A DNA stretch of 64,000 bases from Candidatus Eiseniibacteriota bacterium (GCA_963823555.1 CAWGMA010000001.1:1728001-1792000); one strand, 5' to 3'; numbered from the stretch's first letter, positions 34,266-43,122 are shown. Made by a program: numbers and translations. The notes: a model not told the origin generated them from the sequence alone.

Positions 34266-35678
34266 ATGATCTTTCGCAACTACTACCTGAGCTGTCTGGC
34301 CCACGCCTCGTACCTGATCGGCGACCGCCGGACCGGAACGGCCGCGGTGATCGATCCTCAGCGCGACATCGAGCAGTACATGGAGGACGCCGCCGCCGAG
34401 GGTCTCACCATCCGTCACGTCATCGAGACCCACCTCCACGCCGACTTCCTCTCCGGTCACCTCGAGCTCAAGGCCCGCACCGGGACCGCCACCATCCATT
34501 TCGGCGCCAAGGCGCCGGTCGAGTTCCCGTTCAATCCCCTGCACGACGGCGATGCCATCGAGATGGGCGATGTCCGCCTGGTCGCTCTCGAGACCCCCGG
34601 GCACACTCCGGAGTCGATCTCCATTCTCGTCTATGACCTGGCGAGCGATCGCGAATCGCCGTATGCCGTGCTCACGGGCGACACGCTCTTCATCGGCGAT
34701 GTCGGGCGCCCCGATCTCATGGCCGCCAAGGGGATTTCACCCGAGGAACTGGCCTCGCTCCTCTACGATTCCCTCCATCAGAAGCTCCTCACGCTCCCGG
34801 ATGCAACGCGCGTCTACCCGGCGCATGGAGCGGGATCCCTCTGCGGCCGGGCGCTCAAGGACGAGCGCGTGTCCACCATCGGCCAGGAGAGGCAGTGGAA
34901 CTACGCCTGCGCCCCGATGGAGCGCGGGGACTTCATTCGCATGATGACGAGCGATCTGCCGATGGTCCCCGCCTACTTTCCCTTCGATGCGCAGCGCAAC
35001 CGGGAGGACCGTCCGACCCTCGATCACGTGCTTGCAGGGCTTCGTCCATTGAGCCTCGACGAGGTGCTCGAGATGGTGGCGAATGGCGCCACGCTCCTCG
35101 ATGTGCGCGAGCCCGCCGAGTATGCGGCGGCGCATCTCCGTGGCTCGCTCAACGTGGGATTGAGCGGCAAGTACGCCACTTGGGCCGGATCGCTCGTCGA
35201 TCGCACGCGACCCATCGTTCTCATCACGAATCCGGGACAGGAGAAGGAAGCGGCCATCCGCCTCGGCCGCATCGGGTTCGACGAAGTCGCCGGCTTCCTC
35301 GACAGCGGGCTCGAGGCCGCCCGCGGGCACGAATCCGACCTCGTCGTGAGCGGGGACCGTCTTACGGCGAACGAGCTCCACGCCCGCCATCCGGCGCCTC
35401 TCATCCTCGACATCCGGGAACGCGGGGAGCGCGAGGCGAAGCACATCCCGGATTCCTCCTGGATCCCGCTCGGTCAGCTCCCGGAACGGCTCGGTGAACT
35501 GCCGCGGGATCGCGAGATCGCGGTCCTCTGCGCCACCGGAATGCGCTCGAGCATCGGCGCCAGCGTGCTCCGCCGCGCCGGCTTCCATCGGGTCATGGAC
35601 CTGATGGGTGGGATCGAGGGCTGGGCGCAGGCGGGGTTGCCGGTGACGACGCCGGGGACTCTCCGACCAACCGCTTGA
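34266..35678 (+). CDS. MBL-fold persulfide dioxygenase fused to two rhodanese domains (CstB-like)
   Basis: CLAHASY, IDPQRD, ETHLHADFLSG, TPGHTPE, TGDTLFIGDVGRPD, PAHGAGSLCG; rhodaneses LDVRE and AVLCATGMRS. Confidence 0.9.
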   Translation: MIFRNYYLSCLAHASYLIGDRRTGTAAVIDPQRDIEQYMEDAAAEGLTIRHVIETHLHADFLSGHLELKARTGTATIHFGAKAPVEFPFNPLHDGDAIEMGDVRLVALETPGHTPESISILVYDLASDRESPYAVLTGDTLFIGDVGRPDLMAAKGISPEELASLLYDSLHQKLLTLPDATRVYPAHGAGSLCGRALKDERVSTIGQERQWNYACAPMERGDFIRMMTSDLPMVPAYFPFDAQRNREDRPTLDHVLAGLRPLSLDEVLEMVANGATLLDVREPAEYAAAHLRGSLNVGLSGKYATWAGSLVDRTRPIVLITNPGQEKEAAIRLGRIGFDEVAGFLDSGLEAARGHESDLVVSGDRLTANELHARHPAPLILDIRERGEREAKHIPDSSWIPLGQLPERLGELPRDREIAVLCATGMRSSIGASVLRRAGFHRVMDLMGGIEGWAQAGLPVTTPGTLRPTA

Positions 35679-37989
35679 ACCGCGGTTCGCTCCGCAAACC
35701 ATCCCACTCCGGCTCGATGCGGGCGCGCGCCTGCACGAAGGCCGGGCTATCCCGCACCGATCTCTCGAGCAGCGCCATAGCCACGTCCCTCTCGCCGCGG
35801 AGAGCGTGAGTGGCGGCCGCATAGTATCGCGTGAACGGCTCGTCCGCGCCGAGCGCCACTCGATGGGCGAAAGCCTCGAGCGCGGTGGCGAAGGCCGATT
35901 CTGCGCGCTCGCGTTCGCCAAGGGCGAGAAGCGCCGAGCCCAGGCGCATGTTGAGTTCGATCCGGATCCGAGAGCGGAGGGCGTGATCGAGACGCTCGAC
36001 GAAAGCGATCTCACTTGCGAACGCCTGTTCCGCCTCGCCGGCTCTCCCCTGCAAGGCGACCAGGTGCCCCAGCCGCATGTAGGCACCGACGATCTGGACG
36101 CCCTGCTGCCCGGAGAGGAAGGCCTCCTGCAGCTCGATCGCCCGCCGTGCCGCTCTCTCTCCCCGCGAGAAGTCGCGGAGCAGCGCGTAGCAATGAGCGA
36201 GCTGAAGCCAGTACCAGCCCGCCTGCGGGTTCCGTTCGACCGCCTGCGCGTAGAACTCTGCGGCCGCGGGGAAGTCCCCCTGTCCGATGAAGAGACCCCG
36301 CGCGACGCCAGCGAGCACTCGCGGATCCTCGGGGGCCAGGGCCAGGGCACGGCGCAGGCTCTCGAGCCCATCCTCGACCCGACCGTGCGCCACCAGCGTC
36401 ATCCCCAGCTCGCGCCAGATACGCGGGACCCGCGGGCGCAGCTCGAGGGCGCGGCGGAGGATGGCTTCAGCTCGCTCATAGAGCTCTGGAGCCACCAGGT
36501 AATCCGCCTTCTGCGTGTAGGCCGCACCGAGCTCGATCTGGGCTCGGATGTAATCGGGATCCAGCACGAGGGCACGCTCGAAGTGTTGAATGGCACGATC
36601 GAGGGACTCGTAGGTATCGGCCCGCATGTTGAGGATCCCCTTGGATAGGGCCTCGTAGGCGCTCACCACCTGCGTCTCGTCGCCCTCCTGTGCCGCAACG
36701 ACGCCCCGGCGCAAACCTGCCGACAGCTCGGCCACGACGCGATCTTGCAGATCGAAGATGGCGTCGAGGCGTCCATCCGCCTTGACCGCCCGCAGCACGC
36801 GGCCCGACTCGACCTCGACCACCCGAGCGGTCACTCGAACCTGGTCGTCCAGCCGCTGGAACGCCCCCGCCAGCACCCATCGGGCGCCTGTCATCCGTCC
36901 CAGCCGCACCGCACTCTCGGACTGCACCTCGCTCCCCTCGAGATCGAGCCGCCGCAAGCTCTCTCGCAGTCGCTCGCGCCCCCAGACGTCAAGGCCATCG
37001 ATCTCCTGCAGCGCCGCGGTGACCGTCTCGGCGATCCCGGTCCCGAGCCACTCGTCCTCGCCACGCTGCGTGAGGTTGGCAAAGCCGGCGATGGCGACGG
37101 TCAGGGTTCCGGATGCAGCGATCTCCGCGGGCGCCTCGGCGCGCAGGCGGGCAAGCTCGATATGGACCTCCCGCAGCCCGCGCGGACGCGCGGCAGGGCC
37201 CTTGGCCAGCATGCGAGCGAGAAGGCGCTCGATGTCAGGAAGGCGAGGATCGGCGATACGCCGCGGCAGCGGTTCCGGATCGCGGTGCGTGATGGCGTCG
37301 GCAAGCTGGACCACGTTCTCACCGTCGAACGGTCGCCGGCCCGCGAGCAGCTCGTAGAACACCACGCCGAGAGAGAAGATGTCCGAACGCGCGTCCGTGG
37401 GCTGACCGAGCACCTGCTCCGGAGACATGTAGTGCGGCGTCCCGGCGAATTCGTCGGGAGCGGCCGGCGCCGCGAGGCGGGTCCTCGTGGTCGCATCGAC
37501 GAGCGCAGGCAGCTTGACCTGAGCCAACCCGAAGTCGAGCACCTTGACCCGCCCCTGGGCCACCATGAGGTTCGAGGGCTTGATGTCGCGATGCACCACA
37601 CCACGTGCGTGCGCCTCGGCCAGGGCATCGGCCGCCTGCCCGATGAGATCGAGAATGTCGTCGATCGCAAGCGACTCGGATGCGGCCAGCTCGGCCAGCG
37701 TCTTCCCCGGCACGTACTCCATGGCGAGGAGACGAACGCGGCCGCCAGGAGCATCGGTCTCCTCAACGGCGTAGATGACGGCGATGTTGGGATGGCTCAG
37801 GGCCGAGGCCGCGCGGGCCTCCCCCAGGAGGCGCGACCACTCCTCCTCTTCACACCCCGGCCGCTGGCGCAGCACCTTGAGGGCCACCGGGCGATGGAGC
37901 CGGAGGTCCTCAGCGAGGAAGACCTCCCCCATGCCTCCCTGCCCGAGGGCCCGCACGATGCGGTAGTGCGAAACAGTGGCGCCGATCAT
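35593..37989 (-). CDS. Ser/Thr protein kinase with TolB-like and TPR domains
   Basis: LGQGGMGEV, VALK, HRDIKPSN, DFGLA, GTPHYMSPEQ, DIFSLG; IAGFANLT...WLGTGIAE; TPRs. 3' end overlaps the convergent gene by 86 nt. Confidence 0.92.
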   Translation of the reverse strand: MIGATVSHYRIVRALGQGGMGEVFLAEDLRLHRPVALKVLRQRPGCEEEEWSRLLGEARAASALSHPNIAVIYAVEETDAPGGRVRLLAMEYVPGKTLAELAASESLAIDDILDLIGQAADALAEAHARGVVHRDIKPSNLMVAQGRVKVLDFGLAQVKLPALVDATTRTRLAAPAAPDEFAGTPHYMSPEQVLGQPTDARSDIFSLGVVFYELLAGRRPFDGENVVQLADAITHRDPEPLPRRIADPRLPDIERLLARMLAKGPAARPRGLREVHIELARLRAEAPAEIAASGTLTVAIAGFANLTQRGEDEWLGTGIAETVTAALQEIDGLDVWGRERLRESLRRLDLEGSEVQSESAVRLGRMTGARWVLAGAFQRLDDQVRVTARVVEVESGRVLRAVKADGRLDAIFDLQDRVVAELSAGLRRGVVAAQEGDETQVVSAYEALSKGILNMRADTYESLDRAIQHFERALVLDPDYIRAQIELGAAYTQKADYLVAPELYERAEAILRRALELRPRVPRIWRELGMTLVAHGRVEDGLESLRRALALAPEDPRVLAGVARGLFIGQGDFPAAAEFYAQAVERNPQAGWYWLQLAHCYALLRDFSRGERAARRAIELQEAFLSGQQGVQIVGAYMRLGHLVALQGRAGEAEQAFASEIAFVERLDHALRSRIRIELNMRLGSALLALGERERAESAFATALEAFAHRVALGADEPFTRYYAAATHALRGERDVAMALLERSVRDSPAFVQARARIEPEWDGLRSEPRFKRLVGESPASSPATPPAPSPRSHPSGP

Positions 37990-38020
37990 GGATACCTCTG
38001 GCGAGCAGCATAGCACCGGG

Positions 38021-38150
38021 TGCTCCCGCCCAAACAGGAGCCGGGATCGGGGTGTTTCCGCGGGAACAGGAACGGACGAAGTGTTCCCGCGGAACCCGGG
38101 CGCGTCATGTTCCAGCGGAAACAAGCCGGCCTCATGTTCCAGCGGAAACA
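38021..38150. repeat. Array of five 16-bp imperfect palindromes TGTTYCMGCGGRAACA (parS-like)
   Basis: TGCTCCCGCCCAAACA 38021 (degenerate), TGTTTCCGCGGGAACA 38053, TGTTCCCGCGGAACCC 38082, TGTTCCAGCGGAAACA 38108 and 38135. Confidence 0.85.
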
Positions 38151-38208
38151 GGCGGCCTGCCGGCGGGCCGGTTCAGTCCCCGGATGGTGCTTGGCCCTGC
38201 CTCCCTCG

Positions 38209-39201
38209 TCACTCCGTCGGATGCGGTCCGGAGATCCTTCCCTTCTCCACCGGATGGAACAGCACCTTGATCCTGCCCCATGTACCAGGCTCGACAACCT
38301 CCGGCTCCCCGCGGATGGCGAGGCTATGGTACCCGCAGGCCGCGACCGCCACGAACGCGTTCGGCGGAGGAATGTCGCACTCCCCGTCGTGATTCCGCCC
38401 CCAGGCGACGATCGAGCCATCGTCCTTGAGCCCCAGGCTGAAGTAGCCGCCGCCAATGACGGCGACGAATCCGGTGTTGGGCGCGGGCACGTTGCATTCC
38501 CCGTCCTGATTCCGCCCCCAGGCGACGATCGAACCATCGGACTTGAGGCCCAGGCTGTGATCCCAGCAGGCGCCGACTGCCACGAAATCAGCGTTGGGTT
38601 CCGGGACGTCACACTCGCCGTAGGCGTTCCGTCCCCAGGCCACGATCGTCCCGTCGGACTTGAGACCCAGGCTGTGCAACCCGCCAGCTGCGATGGCCAA
38701 GAAGCCGGCGTTCGGCGCCGGAGGGTCGCACTGGCCGTAGACGTTGAGTCCCCAACCCGCGATCGTCCCGTCCGACCTGAGAGCGACGCTGTGGAAATCT
38801 CCGGCCGCGACGGCCACAAAGCCGGCGTTCGGTGCGGGTACGTCGCACTGGCCATCGTTGTTCCGGCCCCAGGCCACGATGGCGCCGGAGGACCGGATCC
38901 CCAGGCTGTGATAGGCGCCGGCCCCGATCACCACGAAGTCGGCATTCGGGGCCGGCACATCGCACTGGCCGAACTCGTTGTCACCCCAGGCCACGACGGT
39001 GCCGCCGTTCTTGAGACCCAGGCAGTGATACACCCCTGCGGCGACCGCTGCGAAATCCGCGTTGGGCTCCGGTACATCGCCCTGGCCCCAGGAATCATCT
39101 CCCCAGGTTGCGATCGAGCCTGGGCCCTGGGCGAAGGCCAGAGCAAACTGACAGCAGCAGAGCAGTGCTGCCGTGACTGCAATCCGAGCCGTCTGACTCA
39201 T
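38209..39201 (-). CDS. Secreted RCC1/BLIP-II-like beta-propeller with a C-terminal TWGxIK motif
   Basis: Signal peptide; about 7 repeats of 39 aa (HSLGLKSDGSIVAWGRNxxGQCDVPAPNAGFVAVAAG); tail VEPGTWGRIKVLF. Confidence 0.9.
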   Translation of the reverse strand: MSQTARIAVTAALLCCCQFALAFAQGPGSIATWGDDSWGQGDVPEPNADFAAVAAGVYHCLGLKNGGTVVAWGDNEFGQCDVPAPNADFVVIGAGAYHSLGIRSSGAIVAWGRNNDGQCDVPAPNAGFVAVAAGDFHSVALRSDGTIAGWGLNVYGQCDPPAPNAGFLAIAAGGLHSLGLKSDGTIVAWGRNAYGECDVPEPNADFVAVGACWDHSLGLKSDGSIVAWGRNQDGECNVPAPNTGFVAVIGGGYFSLGLKDDGSIVAWGRNHDGECDIPPPNAFVAVAACGYHSLAIRGEPEVVEPGTWGRIKVLFHPVEKGRISGPHPTE

Positions 39202-39387
39202 GATGCCCCTCCTTCACCGGCCACCCTCTGGGCTGGACGCCTTCACCCAGAGGTTTCACAGCGTAAAAGGGGCCAGAGTGGACTGATGCTCCACCGCGCA
39301 AGCCCATGCCGATCTAAGGTCCGCCCCACAGGACCACGGTCCCGGACACCCCGGCTGCAGCCCTTCCGACATGGGTGCGGCACGGCG

Positions 39388-41016
39388 CTAGATCCCGCCC
39401 CCCCCGCTGGTCATTCCGTTGAGGATCCGGATGACGTGAAGGAGATCTCCGGGGATCTGTTCTCTGACGGCAGCTTCGGGAACCCCGGGCCGCGCCCACC
39501 AGGGCGGCGTGGCCACCATGGGGGCAGCAGCAATCCACTCGGCGTCCCAGCACTCGGCGATCGCCACGGGCAAGAGCGTCATGTCCTGCACCGGAGCGGC
39601 TCCGCGACCAGCACCCAGCGCAGCCATGCGGACACCCGCCACCCGCTCGCGCCACCACTCGACGATGCCGCGACCTGACTGTGTGAGGCGCGGGCGCACC
39701 GCTCCCAGGCCGAGGACGAGCGCCCCGGCAACAAGGCTCGCTATGATCGCCGCCACCCAGTCCTCACCCGCGACCATCCCGGCCAGGCCACTGGTCGCCC
39801 GGCGCGCTGCATAGGTCGCGACCACCGCCCCGACGAAGACGATGGCGGCCATCAGCAGGAACGGGGACCGCGGGGAACTCATCGGCGGCTCGAGATAGCC
39901 GCCTTCGATCAACGCCGCCTCAACATCACGCGCGAGCGCCAGCGCCGCATTCTCCACGGATACATCCGGGGCCGTCAGGGCACGGCGATCGCTGCCGGCG
40001 AAGACGGCGTCCAGGAACTTGTCCTCGTACCCTGCCAGATCCGCCGCCGCGCCGCCGCGCCGACGATCCACAAGGACCGGCTCCTGCCCGTCAGGCCATT
40101 CGATGGCGACCGCTCCGCGCTCGGCAAGGTCGATCAGAAGGGCGGTGGCGTGCTCAGCATGCAGTTCCCCGTCGTGCAAGAAAGCGGCCTCAGCAGACGA
40201 CCCGCCAACTCCGGCGGCGTCAACACCGCTTCCTCTCCTGGCTGCCACGCGCCGCCTGAGCGCCAGCAGCAACGCCACACCGAGGACCGCGATCGCCACC
40301 ATCACGGGATTCCGGGTAACGAAGCGCCCGACCCGGGCCGCAAGACCCGGATGCCGCACGAGCCCTGCCGGCCAGACCACCGAGATCTCGAGTTCCTCGC
40401 TCGGAAGGAGACCGCGAGAGAGCACGAAGCGCGCGTGTTCCGCATCGACCATCTTCACATCGGCCTCACGGCTCACCCGCCCGAAGCGCGAGACCCGTGA
40501 CCCGGCATCCACCGCGTCCGGCGAGGCCCCTTCCGGGATCGCCACGTCCGCCTCGACACCAATCACGACCACGTCCCAGGCGTCGCCGGTGACTTCCCAG
40601 TGCAGCTCATCCCGCGCCGGCCCCTGCCACACGGCACCGTCGACGTCGTAGACGAGCTCATACACCTGCTCGCCAGTCGTGAACGCCTGCTCGCTCCCCA
40701 TCCACACCTGCAGGTAACGGCCGGAGCGCTCGACGCGCACCGGCCACGCCTTGCCGGAACCATCCGTCACTGCAATGAGCTTGATGGCGAGAGGCTGCCG
40801 ATTCCCTGACGCATCCATGACCACAATAGGCAGCGCCCGGCAGATCGTGTGATGCCGCTCCGGCCCGAAGTTGACGTGGATGGTCTCGACCACATGGAGG
40901 CGAGCGCCGGCTCCCACCTCGAGCTTCGCCGCGAAACGGGAGACCTCGTAGGCGCCGACCGGTCGCGCCAGCGACAAGAGCAGGAAGATGAGAAGGAAGA
41001 GGATGGCGCGCTTCAT
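39388..41016 (-). CDS. DUF2207-family membrane protein
   Basis: Signal peptide; LHVVETIHVNF, YELVYDV, DELHWEVTGDAW, VVWPAG, ALLIDLAERG; 3 TM segments; SGGGG tail. Confidence 0.8.
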   Translation of the reverse strand: MKRAILFLLIFLLLSLARPVGAYEVSRFAAKLEVGAGARLHVVETIHVNFGPERHHTICRALPIVVMDASGNRQPLAIKLIAVTDGSGKAWPVRVERSGRYLQVWMGSEQAFTTGEQVYELVYDVDGAVWQGPARDELHWEVTGDAWDVVVIGVEADVAIPEGASPDAVDAGSRVSRFGRVSREADVKMVDAEHARFVLSRGLLPSEELEISVVWPAGLVRHPGLAARVGRFVTRNPVMVAIAVLGVALLLALRRRVAARRGSGVDAAGVGGSSAEAAFLHDGELHAEHATALLIDLAERGAVAIEWPDGQEPVLVDRRRGGAAADLAGYEDKFLDAVFAGSDRRALTAPDVSVENAALALARDVEAALIEGGYLEPPMSSPRSPFLLMAAIVFVGAVVATYAARRATSGLAGMVAGEDWVAAIIASLVAGALVLGLGAVRPRLTQSGRGIVEWWRERVAGVRMAALGAGRGAAPVQDMTLLPVAIAECWDAEWIAAAPMVATPPWWARPGVPEAAVREQIPGDLLHVIRILNGMTSGGGGI

Positions 41017-41064
41017 GGCCGCGCAGTATAGACCGAACGCGAGCCTGGCGCTCGGGGGCGCGAC

Positions 41065-41487
41065 CTACCGGAGCTGGCGCAGGAGCTCCATCTCCCGGCG
41101 CTCGTGATCGCTGACGGCCGCCGAGAAGTCGATGAGGCGACGCTGGATGTCCTCGCGCAGCGACTCCTCGGGACCGAGCGCGCGCTCGAAGAGAGCGGCC
41201 ATGGTCTGGCGGAACCCCTCGTGTTCGGCCGTCAGCACGTCGAATTCCGGGGCCAGGGCCGGGCGATCACCGGCCAGGAGCCGGAAGTGCCGCTCCTCGC
41301 GCTGGAAGTGACGTTCGAGCCGGGGGCTCAGATGATGCAGCTCTCCCCGCAGCCGCGCCGCCCAGGCCGAGAGATCGGGGATCTCGGCGTCGTTGTCGAC
41401 GAGCGCCATGAGCTCCCCGAGCTGCTCATAGAGATCGCGGTGCTCATCCTCGATCGCGCGCAGGATATGTTCGGACAGGATCGACAT
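41065..41487 (-). CDS. Hemerythrin/HHE cation-binding domain protein
   Basis: IEDEHRDL, LERHFQREE, LTAEHEGF, VSDHERRE; start ATG 41487. Confidence 0.8.
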   Translation of the reverse strand: MSILSEHILRAIEDEHRDLYEQLGELMALVDNDAEIPDLSAWAARLRGELHHLSPRLERHFQREERHFRLLAGDRPALAPEFDVLTAEHEGFRQTMAALFERALGPEESLREDIQRRLIDFSAAVSDHERREMELLRQLR

Positions 41488-41535
41488 GCAGCAGGGCTCC
41501 CGTGCTTTTCCGATGGCTGGGATGTTCGGTTCTGG

Positions 41536-41551
41536 AGCAATGTCCGTGCCC
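41536..41551 (-). promoter_or_regulatory. Sigma-54 (-24/-12) promoter of the hemerythrin gene
   Basis: GGGCACGGACATTGCT versus consensus TGGCACG-N4-TTGCW; exact GG-N10-GC spacing, 49 nt upstream of the ATG. Confidence 0.7.
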
Positions 41552-41793
41552 CAGCCACACCCCAGGTATATCGATTCATCTGACAAGGGATTGCGGTTGG
41601 GGAGCGGACCCTGGTTGCCCCCTGCCCCCCATGGCCCTGAAGGCACCTCTCTCGGACATCGAGTCAGAAGGCCCCTTCGGAATGGACATGGTGTCGCGGA
41701 TGTTGGCATGCCCGGGGCCATTGCAGGGCAGGTCCACCTTTCGACCTCGTCCCCCTGCGACCGCGGCTCCCGCCTTTGGTCTATGATCACGCC

Positions 41794-42447
41794 ATGCCAT
41801 CTCCTACCTGTGGACAACGTGCACGCCGGATATCCTCGCGAGGTCTCGTTCTCTTCTCGCTGCTTGTTTCCGCCGTTCTCGCGCCCTGCGTGGCGAGCCA
41901 CCAGGCAATTGCCGGGGACGCGACGCCACCGCCATCTCCTGACGCAGCCTCAGCCACCCGACTCACCGTCAAGGTCGTCGCCGACACCCTGTACCTCACC
42001 ATCGACCTTCCCACCCGCGAGTTCGCAGGCGCCGGCGTGCTCGCCGACGGCAACAAGGACGACAAGATCGACGCCGGCGAGGTCGTGGCGAGCCGCGACT
42101 CGCTGGCCAGCTACCTCGAGAAGAAGCTCTTCATCATCCAGGACGACGGCATGCTGGCGCCGCGCTTCCGTGACATCATCGCCACCGCACCGCCTCAGGG
42201 ACGAGCGGTGGATCGCATCACGGTCGCGATGCAGGCGCCTCTTCTCAACACGTACGAGAGGATTGGATTCGCCTCGGGCTATCTCGTCGAACACATCACC
42301 GGCTATCGAACCGAGATCCGCGTCGAATGGGAGGGGGCGCAGGCGGGATTCGATGTCGCCCAGAGCATCCAGTGGGTCGATCCACCCGCCGAGGGCGCCA
42401 CGATCCTCGAGCTTCCAGGGCGGAAGCCCGCCTCGGGCGCGCCCTAG
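41794..42447 (+). CDS. Exported hypothetical protein with an EF-hand-like loop
   Basis: Hydrophobic N-segment; DGNKDDKIDAGE matches the 12-residue EF-hand loop pattern; GC3-biased codons. Confidence 0.65.
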   Translation: MPSPTCGQRARRISSRGLVLFSLLVSAVLAPCVASHQAIAGDATPPPSPDAASATRLTVKVVADTLYLTIDLPTREFAGAGVLADGNKDDKIDAGEVVASRDSLASYLEKKLFIIQDDGMLAPRFRDIIATAPPQGRAVDRITVAMQAPLLNTYERIGFASGYLVEHITGYRTEIRVEWEGAQAGFDVAQSIQWVDPPAEGATILELPGRKPASGAP

Positions 42448-42550
42448 CGCCCCGGCGGCGTCCGCGCCGAATGGTGAACCCTCGGCTGACTCGAGCGGCT
42501 CTCACCGGATGAAGGCCAGAGAGAGCTCCCCTGGACCGGAGTGAGGCAGG

Positions 42551-42715
42551 ATGGACAGCATATTCGGATTCGTCGTCTTCATCGTCGTCTGGATCGCGAT
42601 CCAGACCTGGGTGCTTCCCCGACTGGGGATCCCCACCTGAGGCGTTCCCAACCCGCGCCGGTCGGCGCGCTCTGACCAGGACAAGGACCATCACGACACC
42701 ACCGGGAGGTGTTGA
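42551..42715 (+). CDS. Small single-TM protein, candidate selenoprotein (TGA 42638-42640 read as Sec30)
   Basis: MDSIFGFVVFIVVWIAIQTWVLPRLGIPT-U-GVPNPRRSARSDQDKDHHDTTGRC*; purine-rich SD region GGAGTGAGG upstream; SECIS-like hairpin; the extended ORF stops 2 nt before the next ATG. Confidence 0.65.
42654..42669 (+). promoter_or_regulatory. Candidate bacterial SECIS element
   Basis: CGCGCC-GGTC-GGCGCG; GGTC at positions 23-26 counting the T of TGA as 1. Confidence 0.6.
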
Positions 42716-42717
42716 TC

Positions 42718-43119
42718 ATGGAAACACGCACGGCGTTCGGGATGAGGAAGGAGCTCGATCAGAGCTTCGACGAGGTGCTCGCCCGCGTCCCCGAGGCGCT
42801 ACAGAAGGAAGGGTTCGGCGTCCTCACCGAGATCGACGTCAAGGACACGCTCAAGGATAAGCTCGGTGTCGAGTTTCGCCGCTACAAGATCCTCGGGGCC
42901 TGCAATCCGCCCCTCGCCCACCGGGCGCTTTCCACCGAGATCGAGATCGGGCTCATGCTCCCCTGCAACGTGATCGTCTACGAGAAGCCGGGCGCGGGGA
43001 CCGTGGTGGCCGCGATCGATCCGATGCAGACCATCGCGGGGCAGGGAAGCCAGGAGATCCGCGAGGTCGCCGCCACGGTGCGCGAGAAGCTGGCGCGGGT
43101 GCTGGATCACCTCGGATGA
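42718..43119 (+). CDS. DUF302 family protein
   Basis: EGFGVLTEIDV, YKILGACNP, IGLMLPCNVIV, AIDP. Confidence 0.92.
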   Translation: METRTAFGMRKELDQSFDEVLARVPEALQKEGFGVLTEIDVKDTLKDKLGVEFRRYKILGACNPPLAHRALSTEIEIGLMLPCNVIVYEKPGAGTVVAAIDPMQTIAGQGSQEIREVAATVREKLARVLDHLG

Positions 43120-43122
43120 GGA

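Noticed and set aside
38021..38150. Mini-CRISPR (GTGTTCCCGCG resembles the start of type I-E repeats)
   Set aside because: Units are 16 bp with 10-16 bp gaps, occur in both orientations, gaps are partly similar to each other, and no cas genes are present.
41704..41718. Plus-strand sigma-54 promoter TGGCATGCCCGGGGC
   Set aside because: The -12 element lacks TTGC, and the downstream gene is better explained by TATGAT 6 nt before its ATG.
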